From an uncultured Gammaproteobacteria bacterium (GTDB lineage: Bacteria; Patescibacteriota; Microgenomatia; Levybacterales; UBA12049): a DNA stretch of 64,000 nt. Below, piece after piece: positions 28,367 through 39,612 of this stretch. The notes beneath the pieces were generated by a model that saw nothing but the letters and a program-made list of their open reading frames with translations, was not told where the DNA came from and did no database searches. Position 1 is the first letter of the stretch. The number at the start of each line of letters is the position of its first letter. The DNA is taken from positions 1,185,887 to 1,249,886 of the forward strand of contig OZ246394.1 of the NCBI GenBank assembly GCA_965230895.1. The letters are read 5' to 3'. The position numbers were made by a program, and so were the translations under genes.

Positions 28367-29018
28367 CCTTCTTTCTAAATTCTTTAATCTTCCCTTTATA
28401 GAAAAAATATAACAAACCCAAACCAAGAAGAAATCCAATAATGACCATAGGACTTTCTGACGTTGAGATCTTATTGTATGCTGTCTCGCCGACATAATAT
28501 CCAATCGCGCTTGGAATAAGAGAAAGTAACGTTGCCAGGAAAAATTTTCCAAAGCTTAACTTCGTAAGACCAGCAAGATAACTAATAAAGTCCATCACAG
28601 GACCTGTGGTTAAACGAACCAAAATAAATCCCCAGAGTTCTGTTTTATCATCCAATTTCCCTTCCCATTTATTGAGCTCTTGCAAAGGAACAAATCTTTT
28701 GACGAGTGGCTCACGGAACTTTCTTGCAAGCAGAAAGGCGATAACCGCACCTGAAAGAAGTCCCATTGTACTGTAGAAAAATACCCAGAACCATCCTAAT
28801 ATCGGAATCAAAGTAAATGCCAGAATTCCTGCTGGAATTGGTGGGATCACAACGCCAATCAATCGCCATACTATTAAAATGGCGGGAGCAAGAATAGGAT
28901 GCGCGATAGTAAATTGAAGTATTGGTTCCTGATATGTTGGAAGGAAGAAAATAAGCAGGATACAGAAAAGTATACTCAATCCCCCAGTCATCCAACCTAA
29001 TAACTCATGACTTTTCAT
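28347..29018 (-). CDS. DedA/SNARE-associated (TVP38/TMEM64) family membrane protein
   Basis: VRLTTGPVMDFISYLAGLTKLSFGKF motif characteristic of DedA family. Confidence 0.7.
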   Translation of the reverse strand: MKSHELLGWMTGGLSILFCILLIFFLPTYQEPILQFTIAHPILAPAILIVWRLIGVVIPPIPAGILAFTLIPILGWFWVFFYSTMGLLSGAVIAFLLARKFREPLVKRFVPLQELNKWEGKLDDKTELWGFILVRLTTGPVMDFISYLAGLTKLSFGKFFLATLLSLIPSAIGYYVGETAYNKISTSESPMVIIGFLLGLGLLYFFYKGKIKEFRKKAKEKKS

Positions 29019-30043
29019 TAATCGGTAAACTCCTGACTATACATTTTGCCATAGATTCCACCATCGACGACCCCAATACCAATCTTTTTGAAGTTTGGAC
29101 TCAAAATATTTGCTCGATGGCCAGGACTATTCATTAACCCTTGCATTGCTAAATTCGTACTTGGAGCAAGTGCAAGATTTTCGCCTGCATATGAAAATGT
29201 TATTCCAGCATCTTCCATACGCTCAAATGGAGTTCTTCCATCAAGTGATTGATGAGAGAAATACCCTTGCGCAAACATATCTTGTGAATGAGCTCTGGCT
29301 ACATCTCGTAAATCGTTGTCAAATGACACGAGTTCCAGTCCAGCCTTCGTACGTTCTGTATTAACAAGTTTAAACATTTCTTGTTCTGCCTTTTCATCAT
29401 ATGTCCCATCTTTCACCTGAAAATGAAGTGTAACTCGCTTGTCACTTTCTGGTTCTACAGTGAGGAAGTTCAATGAGTCATTTAACGCTCCACCGAAGAG
29501 ATCATCAAGCTTTTTTTCAAAAAGAGATGTATTTGCAACTAATTTTGATCCAACATTGGATTCTTCGACTGCATTTTTGATGACAGGCGATGACGGAAAT
29601 GTGACGATGACGCTAAGGAGAAAGGAGAGAATTATGAATGCAGATACAAGCCCAGGCAAAATACCAAACCAATGATTTGCACCTTTAAGCCAATTGGTAA
29701 ATTTATTAATAGGGAGTCCTGGCAGATAGCGTATGCCACGCCGAACGAGGATTGTCAGTATAATCTCACTTGCCAGCGCCAGCACAAAAAAACCGATTGC
29801 ATTTGCTATGCCAATTGGTAAAGCAAAGAATGTTGTAAGGATCCAAGCTAAATGCTTATATAATTGAAGTGCCGCAACGAAAGAGATAATAAAGCTGACA
29901 AGATCTAAAGTCGCGAGAGTAAAACCCAAGGTATAGCCTTCATGTACATAAAATAGTATGATACAAAGGATTATAAAATCTAAAAAGTTAAATCCGCCTT
30001 GTAAAGACGGAAGCGACGAAAACAGTGCAGAAAGCAAATCCAT
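29018..30043 (-). CDS. CvpA-like membrane domain fused to CAP (SCP/PR-1, YkwD-like) domain protein
   Basis: N-terminal CvpA-like 4-TM region; C-terminal CAP motifs HSQDMFAQGYFSH...GENLA...GHRANIL. Start taken at MDLLSALF (the track ORF extends to 30133 and overlaps the PBP gene). Confidence 0.55.
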   Translation of the reverse strand: MDLLSALFSSLPSLQGGFNFLDFIILCIILFYVHEGYTLGFTLATLDLVSFIISFVAALQLYKHLAWILTTFFALPIGIANAIGFFVLALASEIILTILVRRGIRYLPGLPINKFTNWLKGANHWFGILPGLVSAFIILSFLLSVIVTFPSSPVIKNAVEESNVGSKLVANTSLFEKKLDDLFGGALNDSLNFLTVEPESDKRVTLHFQVKDGTYDEKAEQEMFKLVNTERTKAGLELVSFDNDLRDVARAHSQDMFAQGYFSHQSLDGRTPFERMEDAGITFSYAGENLALAPSTNLAMQGLMNSPGHRANILSPNFKKIGIGVVDGGIYGKMYSQEFTD

Positions 30044-30119
30044 AGATATACTTCTATTATACGCAATTTCTGCAAGAACCAAACAAGAAAATCTGCTAAA
30101 ATAAAAAAACGCTACTCCT

Positions 30120-32300
30120 ATGATCAAGGTCAAACGCTACAAAAAAACGATTAAGAAAGTACGAAAAATATCCTTTACCAAACGGACTATCTTTCTTTTT
30201 CTTATTCCTGGCCTCATTCTGTTAACCGGGTTGATCTTCTTTTATGCATATATCCTCAAGGATCTCCCGTCTCCAACAAAATTAAGTAATAACACTGCTT
30301 CATACTCAAGCCAGATCTATGATCGGAATGGGAAACTCCTTTACACACTTTACTCCGATAAAAATCAAACATTCGTACCCCTCGCGAAGATTCCAAAAGA
30401 TTTGCAAGAAGCAACAATTGCTATTGAAGATAAAGACTTTTATCGTCATGGCGCAGTAGATTTTCGTGGAATTAGTCGAGCTGCTTACTCAATTTTTGTA
30501 AATAAACAAATCCAAGGAGGATCAACACTTACACAACAATTGGTAAAAACAAGTCTTCTTTCCCCAGAACAGACATTACAACGTAAAGTAAAAGAAGTTA
30601 TTTTAGCCTTCGCAACTGAAATTATGTACTCAAAAGACGAAGTATTAGAAATGTACCTTAATCAAGTTCCATATGGTGGCACTCAATATGGTGTGGGGGC
30701 TGCGGCAATGACATTCTTTGGGAAAGATGTGAGTAAATTAACTTTGGCTGAGAATGCATATCTTGCAGGACTTCCAGAATCACCAAGTACACTCTCACCT
30801 TTCGGTTCGCATCCAGAAAGAGGCAAGCAAAGACAGCAAGAAGTACTACGGAGAATGCTCGCACAAGGATATATTACAAAAGCAGAATATGACAAAGCAT
30901 TAAAGCAAGAACTCAAATTCCAAAAGATTAGTAATCCAATTAAAGCACCACATTTTGTTTTCTATATTCGTGATCTTCTTATCAAAAAGTATGGACAGCA
31001 AGTCGTTGAACAAGGTGGGTTACAAATCAGAACGAGTCTTGATCTTAAGACGCAAGACTACGTCCAAGAAATTGTTACTGAAGAAGTCGCAGACTTAAAG
31101 CAATATAAAGTAGGAAACGGAGCAGCACTCGTAACAAATCCTGCAACAGGAGAAATCCTTGCAATGGTGGGAAGTAAAGATTACTTCGATCCAGAACATG
31201 GTAATGTAAATGCAACAATCGCAATGCTCCAACCAGGTTCTTCTATCAAACCAATCAATTATGCAGTTGGTTTAATCAATGGGTATTCTGCAGCAACACC
31301 ATTTGTTGACCAGCCAGTATGCTTTCCGCAGACAGGAGAAAAACCATATTGTCCGAGAAATTATGATGGAACATTCCGAGGAGTAGTTCAGATGCGATAT
31401 GCATTGGCAAATTCATTAAACATTCCTGCAGTACAGATGTTAAAGCTTAATGGGCTTGACTCTATGATCGCGACAGCAAGTGCAATGGGTATCACGACGT
31501 TTAAAGATCCGAGTCAGTATGGACTTTCACTAACACTTGGAGGAGGAGAAGTTATGATGACAGATATGGCAACAGCGTTTGGTGTCTTTGCAAATCAAGG
31601 ATATCGAATTGATCTTCACCCTATTTTGAAGATTACTGATCGAAAAGGAAAAGTTATTGAAGAATACAAACCACCAAAGAGTCCAATCTTTGGAAAAAAG
31701 GTCATCCCATCAGAGGTAAGCTTTATTATCTCAGACATTTTGGCTGATAATAATGCACGCACACCAGCATTTGGAGCAAATTCTGCACTTAAGATTGATA
31801 AGCAAAGAGTTTCTGTTAAAACCGGAACAACAAATGATTATCGAGATAACTGGACAATTGGATATACACCATCGTATGTTGTTGCTGTCTGGGTAGGAAA
31901 TAATGATCATTCACCAATGTCTGGAATTGTATCGGGTGTGACAGGAGCTGCGCCAATTTGGAATAAAGTTATGACGCATTTGCTTGAAGGAAAGAAACCT
32001 GAAATACCACAGAAACCACCAAATGTATATGGTAAATATATTTGTGTTGGAACCGGACAGATTGCTTCAGGAAGTGCTGCGGGATGCCAGACACGATATG
32101 AATATCTCATCAAAGGCACAGATGAAAAGAAAGTTGCTGTAAATAGACAAAAGGTATTTATCGATAAAGGCACCAATCAAATTGCGAAACCTGGACAAAC
32201 AGAAAATGTGGAGGAACGTGAAGAATCAATCATCACAGATCCATTGGGGAATAAATTCTGTATAAGTTGTGCAAAACCTACACCAGCACCAACACCGTAA
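30120..32300 (+). CDS. bifunctional penicillin-binding protein 1A (glycosyltransferase + transpeptidase)
   Basis: GT51 motif IAIEDKDFYRHGAVD; transpeptidase SxxK (SSIKP), SxN (SLN) and KTGTT motifs; N-terminal TM. Confidence 0.9.
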   Translation: MIKVKRYKKTIKKVRKISFTKRTIFLFLIPGLILLTGLIFFYAYILKDLPSPTKLSNNTASYSSQIYDRNGKLLYTLYSDKNQTFVPLAKIPKDLQEATIAIEDKDFYRHGAVDFRGISRAAYSIFVNKQIQGGSTLTQQLVKTSLLSPEQTLQRKVKEVILAFATEIMYSKDEVLEMYLNQVPYGGTQYGVGAAAMTFFGKDVSKLTLAENAYLAGLPESPSTLSPFGSHPERGKQRQQEVLRRMLAQGYITKAEYDKALKQELKFQKISNPIKAPHFVFYIRDLLIKKYGQQVVEQGGLQIRTSLDLKTQDYVQEIVTEEVADLKQYKVGNGAALVTNPATGEILAMVGSKDYFDPEHGNVNATIAMLQPGSSIKPINYAVGLINGYSAATPFVDQPVCFPQTGEKPYCPRNYDGTFRGVVQMRYALANSLNIPAVQMLKLNGLDSMIATASAMGITTFKDPSQYGLSLTLGGGEVMMTDMATAFGVFANQGYRIDLHPILKITDRKGKVIEEYKPPKSPIFGKKVIPSEVSFIISDILADNNARTPAFGANSALKIDKQRVSVKTGTTNDYRDNWTIGYTPSYVVAVWVGNNDHSPMSGIVSGVTGAAPIWNKVMTHLLEGKKPEIPQKPPNVYGKYICVGTGQIASGSAAGCQTRYEYLIKGTDEKKVAVNRQKVFIDKGTNQIAKPGQTENVEEREESIITDPLGNKFCISCAKPTPAPTP

Positions 32301-32461
32301 TGGCTAAAGAAAAAACTATCATTACAGAATCTGTTCCACCTCAGGAATTAACAAAATATAATCGTGAGTCAGGGAAAAAGACACTAATGCTTGTGAGTGT
32401 GTTAATAACGTTAATTGTTGTACTTACAATAGCTTTACTCTTGTTATTCAGATTCAGTTGA
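32299..32461 (+). CDS. small single-TM protein (hypothetical)
   Basis: ATG overlaps the PBP stop (TAATGG); MAKEKTIITES... followed by one TM helix. Confidence 0.3.
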
Positions 32462-33160
32462 ATGCAATGAAGAAGTTGCGTCCGTTAATTTCTGCTGTAA
32501 CAATTTATATTGTTGTTCTGGAGTTTCCAAATTAAAAAGAAAGCTTGTTGCAACAAAACGATTTGCACCCATTGCTGATGCTATCTCAATAGTCTCATCA
32601 TTAATTCCCCCATCCACTTCAATCGGCAAATATTCATTTCTTGCTCGTGCTTCCTTCACTTTTTTCAGTAATGATTCTTCAAATTTTTGCCCTGAAAATC
32701 CAGCTTGAATCGTCATAATAAGAAGTGAATCTAAATCCTCGAGATTTACTTTAATTGCATCAAGTGGTGTTTGTTTATCAAGAGCAAGTGAAACTTCTCC
32801 ATATAATTGCGCTTCTGCAACGAAAGTCTCTTGATCGGGCATCTTTTCAACTTGGCCAATGAATCGTTGAAATCCTGCATCTGCCCATTTTTTTATATGA
32901 GCCAGTGGATCTTCAACCATTAAATGGACTTCAAAAACCAACCCTTTATCGCCTACTTCTTGCCCTCGCAATCCACCAGGTAATTCTTTTGTATACTTTT
33001 TAAAAGGTTCAGGATCTGCAAAGGTTGTATTTTGTGCAAACTTTCCATCACAAACATCAATATGAATTGTTTTAACAAAAGGTTTTACCAATTCAATCTT
33101 TTTTTCAATGTCAGGCCATGCTTTATTTTCTGTTCCAGGACTTGGGATTATTTCGTACAT
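32444..33160 (-). CDS. rpe: ribulose-phosphate 3-epimerase
   Basis: HIDVCDGKF, HLMV and VDGGIN motifs of the Rpe TIM barrel. Confidence 0.85.
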   Translation of the reverse strand: MYEIIPSPGTENKAWPDIEKKIELVKPFVKTIHIDVCDGKFAQNTTFADPEPFKKYTKELPGGLRGQEVGDKGLVFEVHLMVEDPLAHIKKWADAGFQRFIGQVEKMPDQETFVAEAQLYGEVSLALDKQTPLDAIKVNLEDLDSLLIMTIQAGFSGQKFEESLLKKVKEARARNEYLPIEVDGGINDETIEIASAMGANRFVATSFLFNLETPEQQYKLLQQKLTDATSSLHSTESE

Positions 33161-33161
33161 A

Positions 33162-33662
33162 TTATTTTTCTATTGCTTTAATTTTTTCAATTCTTCGCAA
33201 ATGTCGATCCGCTATTGCGCCAGGAGTTTCTAACCAAAGTTTAATACCTTTTAAAATATCTTCTTCTTTCAAGAATCGAAATCCGATTGATAACATATTT
33301 GCGTTATTATGTTCTCGAGTTAACTGAAGAATTGCAAAAGGATCAGGATTTTGATCTCCTTCAATGTTTATCGGATCGGTAGCAACTGCAGGCGAATAAA
33401 ATAGCGCGCATCGAACATTATTAAACTTATTTGAGACAATTGCTTCACCTTGTCCTGATCCTCCAAAGACAATTCCTCTCGAATTTTCTGGATCATTCGA
33501 AACACTTTGTGCAGCCTTACCTATAAAATCTGGGTAGTCGTCATCTGGATTAAATTCATATGCTCCACAATCTTCGACATCATATCCAAGATCTGAAAGC
33601 ATCGCGTGGACTTTATTTTTTATTTCTAACCCTGCATGATCTGTCGCTAAGAAAACTTTCAT
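33162..33662 (-). CDS. rpiB: ribose-5-phosphate isomerase B
   Basis: MKVFLATDHAGLEIK RpiB/LacAB N-terminal signature; 166 aa. Confidence 0.9.
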   Translation of the reverse strand: MKVFLATDHAGLEIKNKVHAMLSDLGYDVEDCGAYEFNPDDDYPDFIGKAAQSVSNDPENSRGIVFGGSGQGEAIVSNKFNNVRCALFYSPAVATDPINIEGDQNPDPFAILQLTREHNNANMLSIGFRFLKEEDILKGIKLWLETPGAIADRHLRRIEKIKAIEK

Positions 33663-33724
33663 AGAAGATACTCTGATCCTATCATATTCAGAGAACCTTT
33701 TAAACTGTATGTTATAATAATAGT

Positions 33725-35449
33725 ATGCCCTTGAAAAAAATCTTCCTCATTTTTTCTGTTGTCGCAATATTTGTTGCACCATTTATTTATTCAAATATTG
33801 CATCCGCACAAGTTGACACCTCGGACGCAAATTTAGCAAATATATCGAAAGAACTTGCTGAATTAAATGATTCTTTAAATAAATCTGTTGCAGCGACAAA
33901 ACCATTACAATCTGAACTTGATGGCATTCAAAAACGAATGACATCTATACGGAGTCGGGTTGCAGCAGTCGAAACAGATTCACAACTCAAGAGGAAACAA
34001 ATTGATGCCGGATATAAAGATCTTGCTGAGAAAGAACAGCTAATCAATCAGACAATCCGAGACTTTTATGTAACAAGCTACTACGATTCCCCAATGTTAA
34101 TATTTTTCTCACTTGAAACTGCATCTGAAGTTACCCAAACACTTGCGTATCAGCGAGCAAAAACAAAACAAGACAAAGCAATGATCGCAAATATTGCACT
34201 GACAATCAGTGATTTAGAAAAAAAGAAGATCCAACTTGAAGCCGAAGAAAAGTTTCTTGTTAGTGCCAGAGCAAGTCTCAGTCAACAAAGTACAAAGCTA
34301 AATGAAGCAATTACAAATGCTCAAAATTACCAAAGCGAACTCAATGGAAAAATCGCAACACTGAATGCAAAACAGCAAGAAATCGTTAATGCAAAAAGTG
34401 GCGGTTTCACATTTAGTTTGAGTGATGGAGAATCTGCTGATGAATACCTTTCATCAGCAAAAGGATTCCGAGAATCTGCACCTGCAGGATCTTTCGCGAT
34501 ATTCTCTTTTGGTGCATATACACATAGAAATGGCATGAGTCAGTACGGAGCAAAAGCTCGTGCAGAACAAGGGCAATCAGTCGAAGATATTTTGAAAGCA
34601 TATTATCCAAACGCAACTTTAAAGAAAGATTATTCGGGAATGAGCTCTATCAATGTTGAAGGCACAGGATCTATCTCATTTGAAGATCAATATCTCCAGG
34701 GTATCTATGAAATGCCAGCAACATGGCACGTTAATGCATTGAAAGCGCAAGCAATTGCAGCTCGAACGTTTGCTGTTCGTTATACAAACAATGGACAAAA
34801 ATCAATTTGTACCACAGAAGCATGCCAAGTATTTAGAAATTCGCCAAAAGGTGGAGCATGGCAAACCGCAGTAAACGAGACAAAGGGATGGATACTCGTC
34901 GATGGCGGAGGAAATCCAGTTTCGACACAATATGCATCAACACATGGCGGATTTACAAATACAGCAGGCTGGGATACCACAGATAAAAGTGGCGGATCAA
35001 ACTTCATTGATAAAGCCTATGAGAAACTTGGTGGATCACCATGGCTTTATAAAGCTTGGTGGAGAGAGCACTACAGTAATTCTGGCGCAACTTGTGGCAG
35101 ATCAAATCCATGGCTTAATGCTCAAGAGATGGCAGATATTGTCAATGCTGCTGTCGCGATGAAGACGCCGGGAATAGATACTGGAAGAATTACCCCCGTA
35201 ACAACATCTTGCTGGGGTGGAAATCCATATAGTATGGATGAGCTACGAAACTTAACGTCTGGGAAAGGTGGTATCAGCGCTGCAACTAGTGTTTCTGTAT
35301 CTCAGGGAAATGGAAATACGAACAGCGTCACTATTAATGGAGTAACAATGAGTGGTAATGAATTTAAACAAGCCGTTGCACTTCGTGCCCCTGGTTATGT
35401 GAGAATTCCACAAAGTGGTTTCGCATTCTTCAACATTGAAAAGAAATAA
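33725..35449 (+). CDS. SpoIID/LytB-domain protein with N-terminal coiled-coil
   Basis: Signal/TM, long coiled-coil, then SpoIID-like motifs (GMSQYGAKARAEQGQSVEDILKAYYP). Confidence 0.65.
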   Translation: MPLKKIFLIFSVVAIFVAPFIYSNIASAQVDTSDANLANISKELAELNDSLNKSVAATKPLQSELDGIQKRMTSIRSRVAAVETDSQLKRKQIDAGYKDLAEKEQLINQTIRDFYVTSYYDSPMLIFFSLETASEVTQTLAYQRAKTKQDKAMIANIALTISDLEKKKIQLEAEEKFLVSARASLSQQSTKLNEAITNAQNYQSELNGKIATLNAKQQEIVNAKSGGFTFSLSDGESADEYLSSAKGFRESAPAGSFAIFSFGAYTHRNGMSQYGAKARAEQGQSVEDILKAYYPNATLKKDYSGMSSINVEGTGSISFEDQYLQGIYEMPATWHVNALKAQAIAARTFAVRYTNNGQKSICTTEACQVFRNSPKGGAWQTAVNETKGWILVDGGGNPVSTQYASTHGGFTNTAGWDTTDKSGGSNFIDKAYEKLGGSPWLYKAWWREHYSNSGATCGRSNPWLNAQEMADIVNAAVAMKTPGIDTGRITPVTTSCWGGNPYSMDELRNLTSGKGGISAATSVSVSQGNGNTNSVTINGVTMSGNEFKQAVALRAPGYVRIPQSGFAFFNIEKK

Positions 35450-35501
35450 TTTTTCAGTCTATTGGAATATGTACAGCTAAACACTGTATAATACAGCTAT
35501 T

Positions 35502-36332
<831 letters not shown>

Positions 36333-36576
36333 TATACTGAATATTTTTACATACTTCCAAGATGAAGGAATTTTTCTTATATTTAAAACACTTTTATTAG
36401 TATTGATTTTCGTTTATATAATTTTTTCTTTTATTGTTTTTAATAGAATTCGTGCGCTCAATCGAACTGTTTATATTACCGGTGGAAAAGCATCAGCAAC
36501 GTTACAATTCATTAGTTTAATTTCATTATTTGCAGCTCTATCGCTTTTTATTGCCACACTTGTTATAGTATAAACA

Positions 36577-38466
36577 ATGCCCGAATCCCAACACGCTGCC
36601 AAACCAAGCTTATCCTTTGCAAAACTTGTCGCAACGCCATCCGACCAGGCATGGTCTCAGGCATATAACGCTGGGAATTTGTTTGTTTGTTTGTCTTTAA
36701 CAAGAGAATTAGATGAAGAGAGTGACACACTACAAACTATTGGGAAAGATATGTTTAATGCCCTTCAATCAGAGTTCTTTTCTCTTGAAGATAAGCATTC
36801 AGAAGCAATTAAGGAAGCAATTGCAATAAGCTTGACTAAACTCCCAGAAACTATCCGAGCAAGTGTTGTTCTCGCAAATTTCAAAGAAGACATGCTTACT
36901 GTCTTTATCGCTGGCACAGGAAGTGTCGCGATGAAACGAGGTGAAAAAGTTGGAACACTTATCGAGAAGCATACGAGCGAACATCATGCTATTAATTATG
37001 CTGCTGGATATCTACAAAATAATGATACAATCGTTCTGCAAACAGGTCAGTTCGCACAAGGAATATCTTCTGAGACAGTAAAGAGTGCTTTGGAGCTAGA
37101 ATTGCCAAATGACGTTGTTGAATCGCTCTCTCCACAAGTGCACGAGCAAGATAATGGAGCACAAGCTGCAATCGTCATCAGATACAGTGGCCCCACATCT
37201 CACCAAGCAATTACAACAGATACGGAAGCTCCAGCAACTGATGATCAACCACCTGAGTTACCATCAGAAGAAGAATCAAAAGCAGAGGTAGCAGACGAAC
37301 CAACATTAGCAACTGCTGTTGCTGAAGATCAAATTGAACATGAGCAAGCAGATCCTACGCTAGCAGATGCCATAGAGAAAGAATCAGAAGTAGAGGATGA
37401 AGAAGATCATAAAAAAAGAAGTTTTGCATTAAAACTTCCCGATATACCTTTTGCAAAAAACATTTCGTTTCATCTTTCTCATCGACGAAAGGTCTTTCTC
37501 AGTGTCGCTGTGGTTATTTTTCTTCTTTTAGGAATTAGCATCTTCTTCACTTTCCAAAAGGAAAACGCCGAAAAACGCCAAGCGCTGTTTGCAGAAATTT
37601 ATCCAGTCGCGGAGCAATACTATGAAGAAGGACAAGGGCTTGAAAGCCTCAATAAGGATCGCAGTCGCGAAAGCTATTTAAAAGCAGAAGCAAAGATTAA
37701 AGAAGGTGAAGAAAAGATTGCTCAGGGAACTGATGAATATAAGCAGCTGGAAGATTTGAAAGCAAAAGTAGCTGCAGCGTTACAAGGTACACCTGCAACG
37801 CAACAAGCATCAAATCTACAGGAAGCAACTCCCCCAGCAAATTCATTCCTTGCTATAGAGAAAGCCAATGCTTCGGGCAAAGGATTTGGACAAGATACAG
37901 CAGCAGTGTATATGATTACATCGAATGTCATTACATCTTTTTCAAAAAGTAGTGGAAGTAAAAAAGATGTGATTGAGAATGATAGCGATTGGGCGACACC
38001 AAAAGCAGTAGTTCCATATCAAACAAATATTTATGTCCTTGACCAAAAGAACGGCGTCTTGAAATTTACACCAAGCGAAGATACGTTTACTAAATCTTCA
38101 TACTTTACAGGAACAAAACCAAACTTATCAAAAGCATCAGGAATGGCAATTGATGGTTCAATCTGGATAATCAGTACCGATGGAAAAATCCTTAAATATA
38201 CAAAAGGACAACAAGATACCTTTGGCATCTCTGGCATAGACAAGCCGTTAAACAACCCTACAAAGATATACACCGATACCAGCATCGATTCTGTATATAT
38301 ATTAGATAAAGGAAACAGTCGGATTGTACAGTTAGATAAAAAGGGCGCATTCCAGAAAGAATACCCTGCAGGTGTTATTGCAAATGCACAGGATTTTGAT
38401 GTTAATCAGAAGGATAATAAAATACTTATTCTCTCAGGCGATAAAGTCTGGGAACTCCCGTTATAA
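36577..38466 (+). CDS. large hypothetical protein with central TM helix and C-terminal beta-propeller-like repeats
   Basis: 629 aa; acidic linker; TM around FLSVAVVIFLLLGISIFF; C-terminal repeated IYVLD/VYILD motifs. Confidence 0.4.
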   Translation: MPESQHAAKPSLSFAKLVATPSDQAWSQAYNAGNLFVCLSLTRELDEESDTLQTIGKDMFNALQSEFFSLEDKHSEAIKEAIAISLTKLPETIRASVVLANFKEDMLTVFIAGTGSVAMKRGEKVGTLIEKHTSEHHAINYAAGYLQNNDTIVLQTGQFAQGISSETVKSALELELPNDVVESLSPQVHEQDNGAQAAIVIRYSGPTSHQAITTDTEAPATDDQPPELPSEEESKAEVADEPTLATAVAEDQIEHEQADPTLADAIEKESEVEDEEDHKKRSFALKLPDIPFAKNISFHLSHRRKVFLSVAVVIFLLLGISIFFTFQKENAEKRQALFAEIYPVAEQYYEEGQGLESLNKDRSRESYLKAEAKIKEGEEKIAQGTDEYKQLEDLKAKVAAALQGTPATQQASNLQEATPPANSFLAIEKANASGKGFGQDTAAVYMITSNVITSFSKSSGSKKDVIENDSDWATPKAVVPYQTNIYVLDQKNGVLKFTPSEDTFTKSSYFTGTKPNLSKASGMAIDGSIWIISTDGKILKYTKGQQDTFGISGIDKPLNNPTKIYTDTSIDSVYILDKGNSRIVQLDKKGAFQKEYPAGVIANAQDFDVNQKDNKILILSGDKVWELPL

Positions 38467-38509
38467 GACTTCCTCAGATTTAGCCTCCAGCCTGTGGTAA
38501 AATGAATAT

Positions 38510-38950
38510 ATGAAAATAGAAAACAATAAAGCATCATTTGATTATGTATTGCAAGATCGTTTAGAAGCTGGAATTAATCTTCTCGGAGCAGAAGTAAAAG
38601 CAGTAAAGCTTGGCCATGTTGACTTAGCAAGTAGCTTCGTTCGAATTATGAGGAATGAGGCATATCTCATCAATGCAAAGATTTTCCCATATAAATTTGC
38701 CCGTCCAGAAGCATACGATGAAAGACGGACACGAAAGCTTCTTTTGCATAAAAAACAGATTATTTCACTGAAATCCAAAATGGACGGTTCAGGCTTGACA
38801 CTTGTGCCTATTTCCCTATATACTACGCACAATCTGATTAAACTTGAAATTGCTTTAGCCAAAGCAAAGAAGAAGTTTGAGAAGAAAGAAGCGATTAAAA
38901 ATCGCGATATCGACCGAGATATCCAAGAAGCAATTCGAGGAAAATTGTAA
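38510..38950 (+). CDS. smpB: SsrA-binding protein SmpB
   Basis: Characteristic SmpB N-terminus (IENNKASFDYVLQDRLEAGINLLGAEVK); 146 aa. Confidence 0.9.
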   Translation: MKIENNKASFDYVLQDRLEAGINLLGAEVKAVKLGHVDLASSFVRIMRNEAYLINAKIFPYKFARPEAYDERRTRKLLLHKKQIISLKSKMDGSGLTLVPISLYTTHNLIKLEIALAKAKKKFEKKEAIKNRDIDRDIQEAIRGKL

Positions 38951-39013
38951 TCGATATTCGCTTTAACTCTTCGACTTTTGGGTGGCTTGTCCCCCGTAGC
39001 GCGAAGAGTGAAA

Positions 39014-39427
39014 GGGGATGAATCGATTCGACGGAAAAAGTTCTTTTAAAACTGCAAGCCGACTTTGATTACTAGTCGTAAAACAGAGTCAAAAAATAAA
39101 TGCTAAATCTAGCATTGAAGCCCTAAGAGCTGAAAGGGATGCAATTCTTGCTGAACTTAACAACTCTTTTGGTGGCCAAAAGGCTTACGCTCTCGCAGCT
39201 TAAGCTTTAAAGCCTGTTCGCATATGTCTTCCCTTTCCGGGACAGTGCGGGCATAAAAACAGGAGAGGAAAACCTTAAGGAGTTGACGCGCCCTTATTGT
39301 ATACCGTCTATACTTTGTTATTCCGGCCAACAGGACACGGCAAAGTGAATTTTAAGAGTTGGCTACGCTTGTAGAGGTTTTACTAAATTTTTTTCACACT
39401 CCGGTTCACTGCCGGACATCTCCACAT
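39014..39427 (+). ncRNA. ssrA: tmRNA (ssrA)
   Basis: 5' GGGGAUGAAUCGAUUCGACGG. Acceptor stem pairs with 3' CAUCUCC, giving a G3:U70 Ala identity pair; T-arm CCGGUUCACUGCCGG. Internal tag ORF ends ...GGQKAYALAA then TAA. Located immediately downstream of smpB. Confidence 0.8.
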
Positions 39428-39612
39428 TATTTGAAGGGCGAGAAGCGAGAAGAGACATTTTGTTTTTTATCTCTGGGAGAATTCGAAGGTTTATCCTTAA
39501 ACTGAGAGAACTCCTTAACAAATTCATCCGCAATTTCAGAAACTTCTTTTGCAAACTGATTATATATTTTCTTTTCTTGAATTTCCTTACTTTGCTTTTT
39601 CATAACTCTCTC

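Noticed and set aside
39363-39554. 63-aa minus-strand ORF
   Set aside because: It overlaps the 3' tRNA-like domain of the tmRNA gene.
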